DNA of 64,000 nt from Desulfobacterales bacterium (lineage in GTDB: Bacteria; Desulfobacterota; Desulfobacteria; Desulfobacterales; UBA2174). How positions within the stretch are numbered: position 1 is the stretch's first letter; every line of letters begins with the position of its first letter. Position numbers and translations under genes: made by a program. The notes under the pieces are model-generated. The model saw nothing but the letters and a program-made list of their open reading frames with translations, made no database searches and had not been told where the DNA came from. Shown here one piece after another: positions 40,376 to 50,570 of this stretch. The stretch is from assembly GCA_963668645.2 (NCBI GenBank), contig CAXXWC010000021.1, positions 352,001 through 416,000 of the forward strand, read 5' to 3'.

Positions 40376-42517
40376 TTATTTCTTTGCCATAATAACCACT
40401 GTACCTGTTTCATTGTTCATGATCCGTTTTGAATGGAATTGAATCAGGGGATCATCCGGATAATCTGACTGAAGTTTCATAAACATCCCGTGCGCCAGAT
40501 CGGATCCGGCTTTCAGTTTTTCAAAAGCATCCAGATAGGCTTGGACTCTCGGACTGTTCAATTCCGCTTCCGACAAGGGTTCATAAGCATCAATGCCTTT
40601 GGTCTTCCCCTTCAGAATCAAGGTGCCAACCGGGCGGCCGGAAAAATTCCGGCATCGTTCTCTGATATTCTGGCTGACACAAATCCGGGTCCCCAGATGT
40701 TTATTCACGGCTTCCAATCGGGCGCAAGTGTTTATGGGATCGCCCAAAGCCCGGTAATCAAATATGCTGGAACCGCCGAAATTACCCACCAACACCTGTC
40801 CTGAATGGACACCGATCCGGGTGTGGCCGAGGGGGATCCCGTTCTTTTTCTGTTCGCGGGAAAAATTTTCTGAAAACCGATGGATTTCAAGGGCGCAGGC
40901 CACTGCCCGGTCGGCATGGTCCTCCTGTTCAACGGGTGCGGAAAAAATAAGGGCCACCGCATCTCCGATAATTCTGTCCAGGGTACCTTCATGTCGGAAA
41001 CTGATTTTCAAAATTTCATCTATATATGTATTCAAAACCTGGCTGACTTGAACGGGTTCCGCATTTTCCATAAAAGTTGTAAAGTTTGCCAGATCGGTCA
41101 TGACAAAAGAGCACTCCTGCATTTTCCCACCCAACTGCAGCTTTTCTGGATGGGCCATCAGGTGGTTGACCAAGTTGGGGCTGATATAGGAAGAAAATGC
41201 CTTTTTGATCCATCGGCGTTCTTTTTCGGTCTTCAAAAACCGCGAGAAGATGTTCACGATGAACATCAGGGCCAAGGGCATTGACGGAAACAGGGGATCG
41301 AAAAACAGTTTGTACTCTGTGAAGGCAAACCAGGACACCCCCAGGGTAAAGCCGATTACCTCCAAGGCAATGATTCCCAGCCACACGGGCCTAGTCCGTT
41401 TGGTCATCAGGACCAAAAGCAGCCACATGGTGCAAAGGAACAAGGCAGTGGCTGCATCAATCCAGTCGGGATGGCGAATGAAGTCTCCGGTGATCACCTG
41501 CTCCACCAGCTGAGCATGCATTTCCACGCCCGGAATCAGCCCCTGAAGCGGGCTGTAACGTAAATCGAGCAGACCTTTTGCCGACGTGCCGATAAAGAGA
41601 ATATGACCGGTTATGGTTTGCGGGTCAAATTCACCGGCCAGAATGCTGCCGGCAGAGACATACCGTTCCGGAACAGACGGCGAGTAATGAAGCCAGACCT
41701 CTCCTTTCGGATCGGTAGGGATGTTCACGGCTCCGATCTGCACTGAAACAATTCCGGTATGCCCCCCGTGACGTTTTTCTCCACTGGCGCCTGAAGCCCG
41801 GATCAACATATTTTTTTCCCCCTGGGCGACCCGGAGGGCTTCAGCAGCGAGTCCTGGGAAAAGTCTGTTGCGGATGTTGACCAGCAAAGGCAGGTGTCGG
41901 ATCACTCCGTCCCGGTCGGCCAGAAAATTAAACGCGCCGATCCCTGCGGCACTCTTTTCCAATATCTCAAGATTCCTGACAGTTCCTTGAAATTCATGTA
42001 AAAACTGTCTGGGATCATCACCTGCGGTAATAAACCGGGCAATCTGTGGCGGTGGTGATACCGCCGTTTGTGCGGATGAACACGAAAACCCCAGAACAAC
42101 CAAGCCGTTCTGAATTTTTTGGGCAAACACCTCGTCATGATCCGGCAACTGGCCGAGCAAAGCGGCAACTTCCGGAGACTCCGGATAGATGCTGGCCAGA
42201 GCCCGAGGAGATGTCCGATCCGGTTCAGCAAAAACAATATCGAACACGATGGCCGATGCTCCTGCATCGGCCAGTTTATCTATGAGTACGGCCAACTGGG
42301 TGCGTGGCCAGGGCCATTGTCCGAATCTGGCCAGGCTCTCATCATCAATATCTATAATACGAACGGGAACGGGCGTATATCTGCGAGGCCAGTTTTTCTG
42401 ATAGGTATCAAAAGACAGATTCGCGCAGATCTGTTTGATTCCTTTGTCTTGAATCAAAATCCATATTGATGCCAGCAAGATAAAAAGTGAGACCCAGATA
42501 TGTGCTTTTTTGAACAA
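40376..42517 (-). CDS. CHASE2 sensor + 3TM + class III nucleotide cyclase
   Basis: IDIDDESL..FGQWPWPR, FDIVFAEPD, PGVEMHA; cyclase MTDLANFT, IIGDA, RIGVHSG, GDPINTCARLE. TTG start. Confidence 0.9.
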   Translation of the reverse strand: MFKKAHIWVSLFILLASIWILIQDKGIKQICANLSFDTYQKNWPRRYTPVPVRIIDIDDESLARFGQWPWPRTQLAVLIDKLADAGASAIVFDIVFAEPDRTSPRALASIYPESPEVAALLGQLPDHDEVFAQKIQNGLVVLGFSCSSAQTAVSPPPQIARFITAGDDPRQFLHEFQGTVRNLEILEKSAAGIGAFNFLADRDGVIRHLPLLVNIRNRLFPGLAAEALRVAQGEKNMLIRASGASGEKRHGGHTGIVSVQIGAVNIPTDPKGEVWLHYSPSVPERYVSAGSILAGEFDPQTITGHILFIGTSAKGLLDLRYSPLQGLIPGVEMHAQLVEQVITGDFIRHPDWIDAATALFLCTMWLLLVLMTKRTRPVWLGIIALEVIGFTLGVSWFAFTEYKLFFDPLFPSMPLALMFIVNIFSRFLKTEKERRWIKKAFSSYISPNLVNHLMAHPEKLQLGGKMQECSFVMTDLANFTTFMENAEPVQVSQVLNTYIDEILKISFRHEGTLDRIIGDAVALIFSAPVEQEDHADRAVACALEIHRFSENFSREQKKNGIPLGHTRIGVHSGQVLVGNFGGSSIFDYRALGDPINTCARLEAVNKHLGTRICVSQNIRERCRNFSGRPVGTLILKGKTKGIDAYEPLSEAELNSPRVQAYLDAFEKLKAGSDLAHGMFMKLQSDYPDDPLIQFHSKRIMNNETGTVVIMAKK

Positions 42518-42525
42518 TTTTTCCC

Positions 42526-45500
42526 CTATTCCAGGTATTTTTCCAGGTCCACCGCATCTATCTGTTCCGGCCGCAGATATTTTCTTGCATAATCCAAGTG
42601 CACATTATTTTTCAGAAAAAGTTCAAAAAGATCTGGATCAATATGCCCGTCTTTTTTCATAAACGACATAATGCGAATGGATTCGTTTAAGGTTTTAGCC
42701 TTCTTATAAGGCCTGTCCGATGCGGTCAGCGCCTCAAAAATATCAGCAATAGCAAGAATGCGGGCCTGAATGGACATTTGTTCCTGTTTTAATTTCCGTG
42801 GATATCCGGATCCGATCATTGTTTCATGGTGAGCACCGGCATATTCCGGGACATGGTGGCTTGATTCCGGAAACGGCAGTTGTTCCAGCATGCGGATGGT
42901 CTGGATCACATGTTCGTTAATTTTGAATCGCTCTTCTGGCGTGAGGGTACCTCTTTCAATCCCCAAATTATACAGTTCCCCTTGGTTGTAAAGATGTTCC
43001 GGGATATCTATGGTCACCCCCATGTCATGGAGCTCTTTGACCAAATCCTGACTGGTCCGATGTATGATATGCCAAGGCTGGTCTGAAAGCAATTTTTCTT
43101 CCGCAGGCAGTCCCCGCACGGGTGAATCCGCCATCCGCATCAATTCCAAATGGGAAAGGCCCAGACGATCATTAAAATATCTTTGCCAGGTCCGTTCTGC
43201 GATTTTATTCATTCTATCTTTTTTTTCCGGTGCCATAAATTCGCCGCCCAGATTGCAATCGGCAATAAAAACAAAATCATCTTCCAACTTTCTGACTTCG
43301 GCATCAAATGCTTCCCTGGCCTGATCTGGATCAGTTTTTGCTTCAGACAATAGCTTTAGATATCTAATTTCCTCATCTCTTCGAAGCACTTCAAAACGAG
43401 TGCGTATTTCGTGAATCCGGTTGTAAATGGTTTCAAGCTTGGTGGCCTTGTCTACCACATATTCGGGTGTGGTCACTTTACCGCAGTCATGCAGCCATGA
43501 AGCCAAGTGTATTTCATAGGCCTGGTCCTCGTTAAGTTCAAAATCGGCAAACGGCTCTTCATCGGATTCAGTCGCTGCGTGTGCCAGCATCTTGGCGATT
43601 TCAGGCACCCGTTCGCAATGTCCGCCCGTATAGGGTGATTTGGTGTCGATAGCGGTGGCGATCAGTTTGATGAATGAATCAAAAAGGGCTTTCTGAGCCT
43701 CCAGCAGCTTCATATTTTCAAGGGTTACCGCGGATTGGGAAGCCAAAGCTTCCACAAACCGTGTAACCTCGTCACTGAATGGTATGACATCACCGGTTTT
43801 AGGATCCATGGCATTGATTAATTGAATAACCCCGATAACGTTTTCGCCGCCGGACCCGCCGCCTTGAGTTTTCAACGGCGCGGTTAAAAAGGAAACAGAT
43901 CGGTAGCCCGTCGCCTGGTCAAACCGGCGGGTGCCCGAGAAATCGAACTGATCATTGTGGTAAGCATCCGGTATGTTGATAGTTTCCCCGGAAAGTGCCA
44001 CATGGGTGGATATGTTGTGATGGTTGGGCTTGCCGGTTTCAGGATCATAAAGCGGGATTTGGTTAAAAGGAAGTTTGTCCGTCATGGTGCGTACGGCAAA
44101 TTCAATATGATCATCCGGAGTCCGGATATAAAGCGTGGCGGCATCGGCATGGGTCAGATTTCTGGCACCTTCTAATATATTCTTTAATATTCTTTCCGTA
44201 CTGCGTTGGGATGAAAGCTGAATACCGAATTCAACCAATTTTTCCAGCTTCTCCTGGGTCCGAATCAGGCTTTCGGTTTTCTCCTTGATCGTGGTCTTCA
44301 TTACTTCGCTGGCCCCGGCCAACTCCCGGACCTCGCTGATAGCCGATTTCACCGGTGCCGACGGTTCAAAGTCGAAATTCTGTATGCGTTCGGCCTCGGC
44401 CGCCAATTGCCGCACCGAGTGTGAGGCGCGGCGCGCGGCCACGACGGTGGCCGGAATGATAAGTACCAGAAGAGCGGAGGCGATGAGGATGATTCTCCAA
44501 GCCATGCGGCCGATGAATCCCACTATGTCGGTCAGCGGCGCGGCCGTCACTATGGTCAGATCCAGCCCCCCGCCTTCGGCCGCGGAAGTTGCGGAAACCA
44601 GATAGACATCGCCCTTATCCTTGACAAGGAAGGATTCCCCCAGGCTCACTCCGTCTCCCCGGTCCATGGCGGTCGCAACCGCGCGCACCAGCGAGTCGGG
44701 CGCATCGAGGGCCGGGGGCAGACTCGGGTCCTCGCCAATGACGTCTTTCCAAACCAGTCCGGGAAAAGCCACCAACCGGGCCCGGCTGTCCAGGATCCAT
44801 AGGGTTCCGCGCCGGCCGACTTTCTGCTGCGCCAACATATCGCCCAGTTGGTCCAGGGTCACATCGGCCCCGAAAACCCCCCCGCCATCGGTCAGTTCAC
44901 GGGCGCAGGTCACACCGGGCAGGCGCGAACTGCTGAATACATACGGCTCGCTATAAATGCTGCGCCCCGCACCAAGAGCTTTTTTATACCAAGGCCGGCT
45001 CGTGGGGTCGTATTTCGCGGTCCCGTCCTGGCGGGACGATAATATGGACAATTCCTCGTCCAGAAAGTGCCACTCCTGCTCGCGGGTCCCTTCCGGTCCG
45101 GTCTTCTTGATGGTCCGGTCTATGTAAGCCGTCCCGGCCGGCGCCCCGTATTTTTCCAAGATGGCGGAACTACCCCGCGGGGAGATGAGCATGTGAAACT
45201 CGCCGTCCGAATAGCCTAGGTAAACGGACATGAGTTCCGGACGACTCTCAAGCAGGGTTTTCATGGGCCGTATTTGGTGCTCGAAAGACCTTTCTTCCGT
45301 CGGACCCGGCGTGCCCTGAAAGATCAATTCGGCCATGTCGGTCAGGGTCGATATGGACCCGACAGTCACCTTGATACGGGCAATGGTCTTATTGGAAATC
45401 TCCGCAAAAAGCGTTTCCGCGGATTTGAGGGCAACTGCGTTGCTTTCATACTTGGTTACTATTAGCACCGTGGACACCATCAGTACCGAGATGGCCAGGG

Positions 45501-45555
45501 TGATGAAAACGATCATGGAAGAAAGCGAAATATTGAAGCGACTACCGGCCTTCAT
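42526..45555 (-). CDS. Cache/HAMP/GAF sensor with HD-GYP phosphodiesterase domain
   Basis: TM, YDPTSRPWY (Cache), HAMP, GAF (GYRSVSFL..PL), SPYTGGHC, LHDCGK, HHE...GSGYP, ADIFEALT..RPY. Confidence 0.9.
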   Translation of the reverse strand: MKAGSRFNISLSSMIVFITLAISVLMVSTVLIVTKYESNAVALKSAETLFAEISNKTIARIKVTVGSISTLTDMAELIFQGTPGPTEERSFEHQIRPMKTLLESRPELMSVYLGYSDGEFHMLISPRGSSAILEKYGAPAGTAYIDRTIKKTGPEGTREQEWHFLDEELSILSSRQDGTAKYDPTSRPWYKKALGAGRSIYSEPYVFSSSRLPGVTCARELTDGGGVFGADVTLDQLGDMLAQQKVGRRGTLWILDSRARLVAFPGLVWKDVIGEDPSLPPALDAPDSLVRAVATAMDRGDGVSLGESFLVKDKGDVYLVSATSAAEGGGLDLTIVTAAPLTDIVGFIGRMAWRIILIASALLVLIIPATVVAARRASHSVRQLAAEAERIQNFDFEPSAPVKSAISEVRELAGASEVMKTTIKEKTESLIRTQEKLEKLVEFGIQLSSQRSTERILKNILEGARNLTHADAATLYIRTPDDHIEFAVRTMTDKLPFNQIPLYDPETGKPNHHNISTHVALSGETINIPDAYHNDQFDFSGTRRFDQATGYRSVSFLTAPLKTQGGGSGGENVIGVIQLINAMDPKTGDVIPFSDEVTRFVEALASQSAVTLENMKLLEAQKALFDSFIKLIATAIDTKSPYTGGHCERVPEIAKMLAHAATESDEEPFADFELNEDQAYEIHLASWLHDCGKVTTPEYVVDKATKLETIYNRIHEIRTRFEVLRRDEEIRYLKLLSEAKTDPDQAREAFDAEVRKLEDDFVFIADCNLGGEFMAPEKKDRMNKIAERTWQRYFNDRLGLSHLELMRMADSPVRGLPAEEKLLSDQPWHIIHRTSQDLVKELHDMGVTIDIPEHLYNQGELYNLGIERGTLTPEERFKINEHVIQTIRMLEQLPFPESSHHVPEYAGAHHETMIGSGYPRKLKQEQMSIQARILAIADIFEALTASDRPYKKAKTLNESIRIMSFMKKDGHIDPDLFELFLKNNVHLDYARKYLRPEQIDAVDLEKYLE

Positions 45556-46313
45556 CAGTCACAATCCTTTTTGACGTAGGTGATCAGATTCAACTGGCCA
45601 GGATCCTTGGCAACACTTTCGTGCTCGCTGTAGGTCCCCATGATCTGAACCTGGTAGCTCTGGCCTTTGTGACCGCTGTGGGCCGCATCCGGATCGGACG
45701 GGTTTTGCAGCGAACCGGAACGGACCTGTTTGGGCGCCTTGACCTCGATGGTGCCATCGGCATGCACATCCAACCGGTCTTTGGCATGGAACACATCATT
45801 TTCGAGCCCCAATTCTGTGGCCAAAATGCGCATGTTCCACAGGCTCTTGGGGCAGATGTATTTGGCCTCGTCGCTTTCTTCATACAGGTCCAGCGCATAG
45901 TGCCACTGGAGGCTGAACGCCAGTTGCTCGCACGTTTCACGGTCTGTCAGGTCATAGGTTTGCTGTAAGGCCAGCGCACCGAGAACGGTATGAGGCTCCT
46001 TGGTCGGTCGACCTTGGTCGCGGGGAAAAAGCAAAGCGAGTTTTTCCACAGGCAATTGGTCAAGGATGTGATTGCGGAAAACCGCGGGCCATCCCTGTTC
46101 GAGGATTTCGCGGCGTTTGGGACTGGTAAACTGCCACGGGTCGAACAAATGTTGCTGTTTTCGGTCTTTTATTCGAAGCATGGCTTCCTCATGGCAACAT
46201 GTCGGATTTGTTAAAAATATTGCCATAAAGAACTGATTTTGTCAACAGGTTTCAAATATTTTTATGCCGATTTTTCAACATGTTAGACAGCGGGCACTTT
46301 CTACGAAGGCATC
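45555..46313 (-). pseudogene. Internally deleted IS1182/IS5-like (DUF772) transposase remnant with left end
   Basis: MLRIKDRKQQHLFDPW...GRPTK...LQQ.YDL.D...QWHYAL joined to SLQNPSDPDA..SGHKG..YQVQ; no complete DDE; GATGCCTTCGTAGAAAGT end-like motif near 46313. Confidence 0.7.
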
Positions 46314-46534
46314 AATCTTCTCTAACCAGTACCCATCCATAAACTGTGCAAGCAGCCCCCGCCGAGTTACGAAGAACATTTCTTATCGATAAGTGGCCAC
46401 GGAAAGAAGGAATTGGTATCTGGGGTGATCCCGGGCTGACGAAGAAATATTTGCGGTTAAAGTCGAAATGGGGGACAGTCGGCTTCCAAGCTGAGGTAAC
46501 GTTGAGATACACGGAGTCAGGCTAAAGGCCAAGG

Positions 46535-46768
46535 TCATTCTTTTTGCAAAATGGACTTAACAACATGCTTCGGGACGATATTGGCCGTTTGTGTCTTTTC
46601 GTCATACACAATGAAGATATCCTTGAGCTTCAACTGTTTCATGACCAAATCGACATTGTCTTCCAGGCTGCCCTTGGTATAGCCGGTATCCGTTCCCGGC
46701 CGGGTGACAAATTCCTCGATTAGACCACGTAGGGCCTCAGGGCTCAACTTTTCGTAAGGGACGATCAT
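46535..46768 (-). CDS. yheU: YheU (UPF0270) family protein
   Basis: MIVPYEKLSPEAL..LIEEFVTR.GTD.G....L...V..V..QL. Confidence 0.88.
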   Translation of the reverse strand: MIVPYEKLSPEALRGLIEEFVTRPGTDTGYTKGSLEDNVDLVMKQLKLKDIFIVYDEKTQTANIVPKHVVKSILQKE

Positions 46769-46973
46769 TCGCTTTCTCTATCTGCTTCAGCTTCTCAAGC
46801 TTCTACTCATGGATCAATTTTTCCAGGTCATCCGTTTAATTGCTACCCTAAACGGCCTGCCGATTCCTGTTGCGCTCGAATCCTGAATCCCCCGTCCCGA
46901 TGATCACCACCGCTTTTTTCTGGGTTCTTTTCGAAGGCTGCCAACCGCATTTGTCAGATCAGGGTAAAAACGA

Positions 46974-47140
46974 TGTCAATGGGAATGAAAAGTGTACCAG
47001 TTATGGGAAAATAAAAGTGTACCACCGCGCTGGTTAATTCCGTGCCTCCTGGGCCGCTGCCGGCGGAACCGGGTGGCGTCCGAACTCGTTCTTTGAAAAA
47101 TTGTGTTTCCTGAGCCGATAGCTGTGTCCTTTGATTGTCT
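46974..47140 (-). mobile_element. IS21-family right-end remnant (C-terminus of istB plus terminal repeats)
   Basis: TGTCAAT terminus with tandem AAAAGTGTACCA sub-repeats; minus strand encodes IKGHSYRLR...*, typical of the IstB C-terminus. Confidence 0.75.
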
Positions 47141-47230
47141 TAATTGCCAGTTTATGACACCGTCGAACTGAGGAAATTGGGTGACACTCCCAAGTGTAAG
47201 AACCTATTGCACAGAAAGGAGTGAACCTAA

Positions 47231-48163
47231 ATGAAAAATCCGAAAAAGCCGGCTGGTAGAAGCCGTCAAAAGCCGGCCCGCATCTACGCTTACCCGTTTG
47301 AATTTCGTTTGAGGGTTGTCCGGCTGCACCTGGAGGAAGGCTATAGCGCAGTGCTGCTGGCCGAGCAGTTTGGTGTCAGTGCCCATAGCGTTCAGCGTTG
47401 GGTCACGGCCTATCGGCAAGGCGGGGCTGACGGATTACACCCCAAGCCGCGTTCCGGAGGAAGTGGCCGACGTGTGCCAGAGGAGGTACGTGCCCGGATC
47501 GTTGAAGAAAAAGTGCGCCATCCGCACTACGGGCCGCGGCGCATCGCCGACGTGCTCAAACGGTTTTTCTTTATTCGCACCAGTCCGGCCACGGCGCACC
47601 GGACCCTGTCGGCGCAGGGACTGACACAAAAGAGGCGGACCAAACCGGTCAAAAATCCTTCCAAGCCGCGGTTTTTCGAACGCGCGCGGCCTAACCAGAT
47701 GTGGCAAAGCGATATCATGACGTTTCGTCTGGCAGGCCGCAACGCCTACCTGATCGGGTACCTGGATGACTACTCTCGCTACATCACGGGCTTGGGGCTG
47801 TATCGCAGTCAGACCGCCGAGCATGTGATCGAGACCTACCGGCGGGCGGTGGCCGAATATGGGGTGCCGCGTGAGATGCTCACCGACAATGGGCGCCAGT
47901 ACACCAACTGGCGCGGAAAAACGCGCTTTGAGCGCGAGATGAAAAAGGACCGGATCAAGCATATCCGTTCTCGTCCGCACCATCCGATGACGCTGGGCAA
48001 GATCGAGCGATTCTGGAAATCGATCCTGACCGAATTTCTCCAGCGGGCGCAGTTCGACAGCTTTGAAAATGCGCTGTCGCGCTGCATGTTGTGGGTCAAG
48101 TACTACAACCACAAGCGCCCCCACCAAGGTATTGGAGGGCTGTGCCCCCATTGTATTGTTTGA
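47231..48163 (+). pseudogene. IS481-like DDE transposase (HTH + rve), 3'-truncated; probable left end near 47145
   Basis: PNQMWQSD, DDYSR, LTDNG, GKIERF, YNHKRPHQG then abrupt end; no right end seen. Confidence 0.8.
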
Positions 48164-48301
48164 CTGTAATCCTACGCGGTTTCCCAAAAGCGGCAATTTT
48201 CGATTTTCTCCCTTCTAAAGGTTTGATAGTATCTATCTGAAATCTGGAAAGAAGCGGATGCTGGACATACTTTCTACGAAAACACCAGAACTGCGGACAC
48301 C

Positions 48302-49696
48302 ATGCGCTATCAAACCACCGTCCATCGCCAGGTCTTCGATTTCGGCGATTTGAAAACCCTCATGGCCAGGGCCACTCCCCTGCGGTCCGGCGACCAATTG
48401 GCGGGAGTCGCAGCCGAAAACGACCTGGAGCGGGTGGCTGCCCAGATGGTGCTGGCCGACGTGCCGTTGGCGCAGTTTCTCAACGAGGCCGTGGTCCCCT
48501 ATGAATGCGACGAAATCACCCGCCTGATCATGGACCGCCACGATGCCGCCGCCTTTGCCCCGGTGCGCCACCTCACCGTGGGCGGTTTTCGCAACTGGCT
48601 GCTCTCGAAGGCGGCCGGCAGCGAGGCGCTGGCAGGGCTGGCCGCGGGGCTGACGCCGGAGATGGCGGCGGCCGTCTCCAAAATCATGCGAAACCAGGAT
48701 CTGATCCTGGTGGCCAAAAAATGCCGGGTGGCCACCCGCTTTCGCAACACCATCGGGCTGGAGAACCGGATGAGCACGCGGCTGCAGGCCAACCATCCCA
48801 CCGACGATCCGGCCGGGGTGGCGGCCGGCATCCTCGACGGGCTGCTCTACGGCAGCGGGGACGCCGTCATCGGCATCAACCCGGCGTCGGACAATCTCCA
48901 GAACACTTTGGCCTTGATCCAAATGCTCGGCGACATCATCGAAAAGTATTGCATTCCGACCCAGTCCTGCGTCCTGGCCCACGTCACCACGACGCTGCGG
49001 GCCATGGAAAAAGGCGCACCGGTCGACCTGGTCTTCCAGTCCATCGCCGGCACGGAGAAGGCCAACGCCGGCTTCGGGGTCCATCTCGCCTTGCTGCGCG
49101 AAGCCCGGGAGGCGGCCCTGGCCCTGGGCCGGGGAACCCTGGGCGACAACCTCATGTATTTTGAAACCGGCCAGGGCAGCGCCCTTTCTGCCGGGGCCCA
49201 CCACGGCGTGGACCAGCAGACCCTGGAGGCCAGGGCCTATGCGGTGGCCCGCGAGTTCTCGCCCCTGCTGGTCAACACCGTGGTGGGGTTCATCGGGCCG
49301 GAATACCTTTACAACGGCAAGCAGATCATTCGGGCCGGGCTGGAGGATCATTTCTGCGGCAAGCTCCTCGGCCTGCCTATGGGCTGCGACATCTGCCATA
49401 CCAACCACGCCGAGGCCGACCCGGACGACATGGATACCCTGCTGACCCTGTTCGCCGTGGCCGGCGGCACCTTCATCATGGGGGTTCCCGGCGCCGACGA
49501 CGTCATGCTCAACTACCAGGCCACCTCCTTTCACGACGCCCTTTACGTGCGCCAGGTCCTGGGGCTGCGGCCCGCTCCGGAATTCGAAGCCTGGCTCGTG
49601 CAGCACAGCATCTTCGACAGGCGCAACCGACTGGCGGCGCAAACTGGGATCCCCCGGATTTTTCGCAGCGCCGTCCTGCCGGAGCCGGTCCGATGA
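48302..49696 (+). CDS. eutB: Ethanolamine ammonia-lyase large subunit
   Basis: RSGD.LAG, RLQ.NHPTDD, IPTQSCVLAH, MYFETGQG, NTVVGFIGPEYLY, GLEDHFCGKL. Confidence 0.95.
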   Translation: MRYQTTVHRQVFDFGDLKTLMARATPLRSGDQLAGVAAENDLERVAAQMVLADVPLAQFLNEAVVPYECDEITRLIMDRHDAAAFAPVRHLTVGGFRNWLLSKAAGSEALAGLAAGLTPEMAAAVSKIMRNQDLILVAKKCRVATRFRNTIGLENRMSTRLQANHPTDDPAGVAAGILDGLLYGSGDAVIGINPASDNLQNTLALIQMLGDIIEKYCIPTQSCVLAHVTTTLRAMEKGAPVDLVFQSIAGTEKANAGFGVHLALLREAREAALALGRGTLGDNLMYFETGQGSALSAGAHHGVDQQTLEARAYAVAREFSPLLVNTVVGFIGPEYLYNGKQIIRAGLEDHFCGKLLGLPMGCDICHTNHAEADPDDMDTLLTLFAVAGGTFIMGVPGADDVMLNYQATSFHDALYVRQVLGLRPAPEFEAWLVQHSIFDRRNRLAAQTGIPRIFRSAVLPEPVR

Positions 49697-50499
49697 CGAA
49701 TCACGACCCTGCGGTTTGTCCGCCGGACCTCTGGCAGATCCTGAAACGGTTCACCAATGCCCGCATCGCCCTGGGCCGGGCCGGCATGAGCCAGCCCACC
49801 GGCGCGCACCTGGCCTTCCAACTGGCCCATGCACGGGCCAGGGACGCGGTCAATCTTCCCCTGGATTTCGATAAGCTGGAAAAAGAGCTGGAGGACGCCG
49901 GCCTAGAGACCATCCGGTTATCCAGCGCCGCGCCGGACCACCACACCTACCTTCAGCGTCCGGACAAGGGGCGCCTGTTGGATGCGGCCTCGCAGGAAAA
50001 GTTCGCCGAAGCTGCCGGACAGTCACGGCCGGACATTGCCGTGGTGATCTGCGACGGCCTTTCCTCCTCGGCCATCGCGCACCACGCGGCCCGATTTACC
50101 CGGATACTTGTGCGGGCCTTGTCCCGCAGAAGCTACCGGATTGCGCCGGTCTGCCTGGTGGCCCGGGGGCGGGTTGCCGTGGGCGATCAGGTCGGGGAAA
50201 GGCTCTTTGCGCGAATGGCCGTGGTGCTCATTGGCGAGCGGCCCGGCCTGAGCTCGCCGGACAGCATGGGGATCTACTTCACTTACGGACCCCGAACCGG
50301 CGCCACCGACGCGGACCGCAACTGCATCTCCAACATCCACGCCAACGGCCTTTCCCATGAAGCGGCCCTGGAAAAACTCCTCTTTTTGATTACCGAGGCC
50401 GACCGTCGCAAACTTTCCGGGACCCGCCTCAAGGACGAAACCCCGGCCCTGCTGCCCCGGACCTCGCACGACCGGGAAAGGAACTTTTTGCTGGCATAG
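49693..50499 (+). CDS. eutC: Ethanolamine ammonia-lyase small subunit
   Basis: T.ARIALGRAG, HARARDAV, YLQRPD.GR, DGLSS, IGERPGL, RNCISNI. Confidence 0.95.
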   Translation: MTNHDPAVCPPDLWQILKRFTNARIALGRAGMSQPTGAHLAFQLAHARARDAVNLPLDFDKLEKELEDAGLETIRLSSAAPDHHTYLQRPDKGRLLDAASQEKFAEAAGQSRPDIAVVICDGLSSSAIAHHAARFTRILVRALSRRSYRIAPVCLVARGRVAVGDQVGERLFARMAVVLIGERPGLSSPDSMGIYFTYGPRTGATDADRNCISNIHANGLSHEAALEKLLFLITEADRRKLSGTRLKDETPALLPRTSHDRERNFLLA

Positions 50500-50570
50500 A
50501 ATCGTGCCCTAGCCGGTCTTGCTGGGGATGCAATGGACACTGCGGGGATCGTTGTATGTATCCGCCCTCG

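Noticed and set aside
46312..46512. 66-aa minus-strand ORF between yheU and the IS remnant
   Set aside because: No RBS or recognisable motif; may be a gene fragment but cannot be supported.
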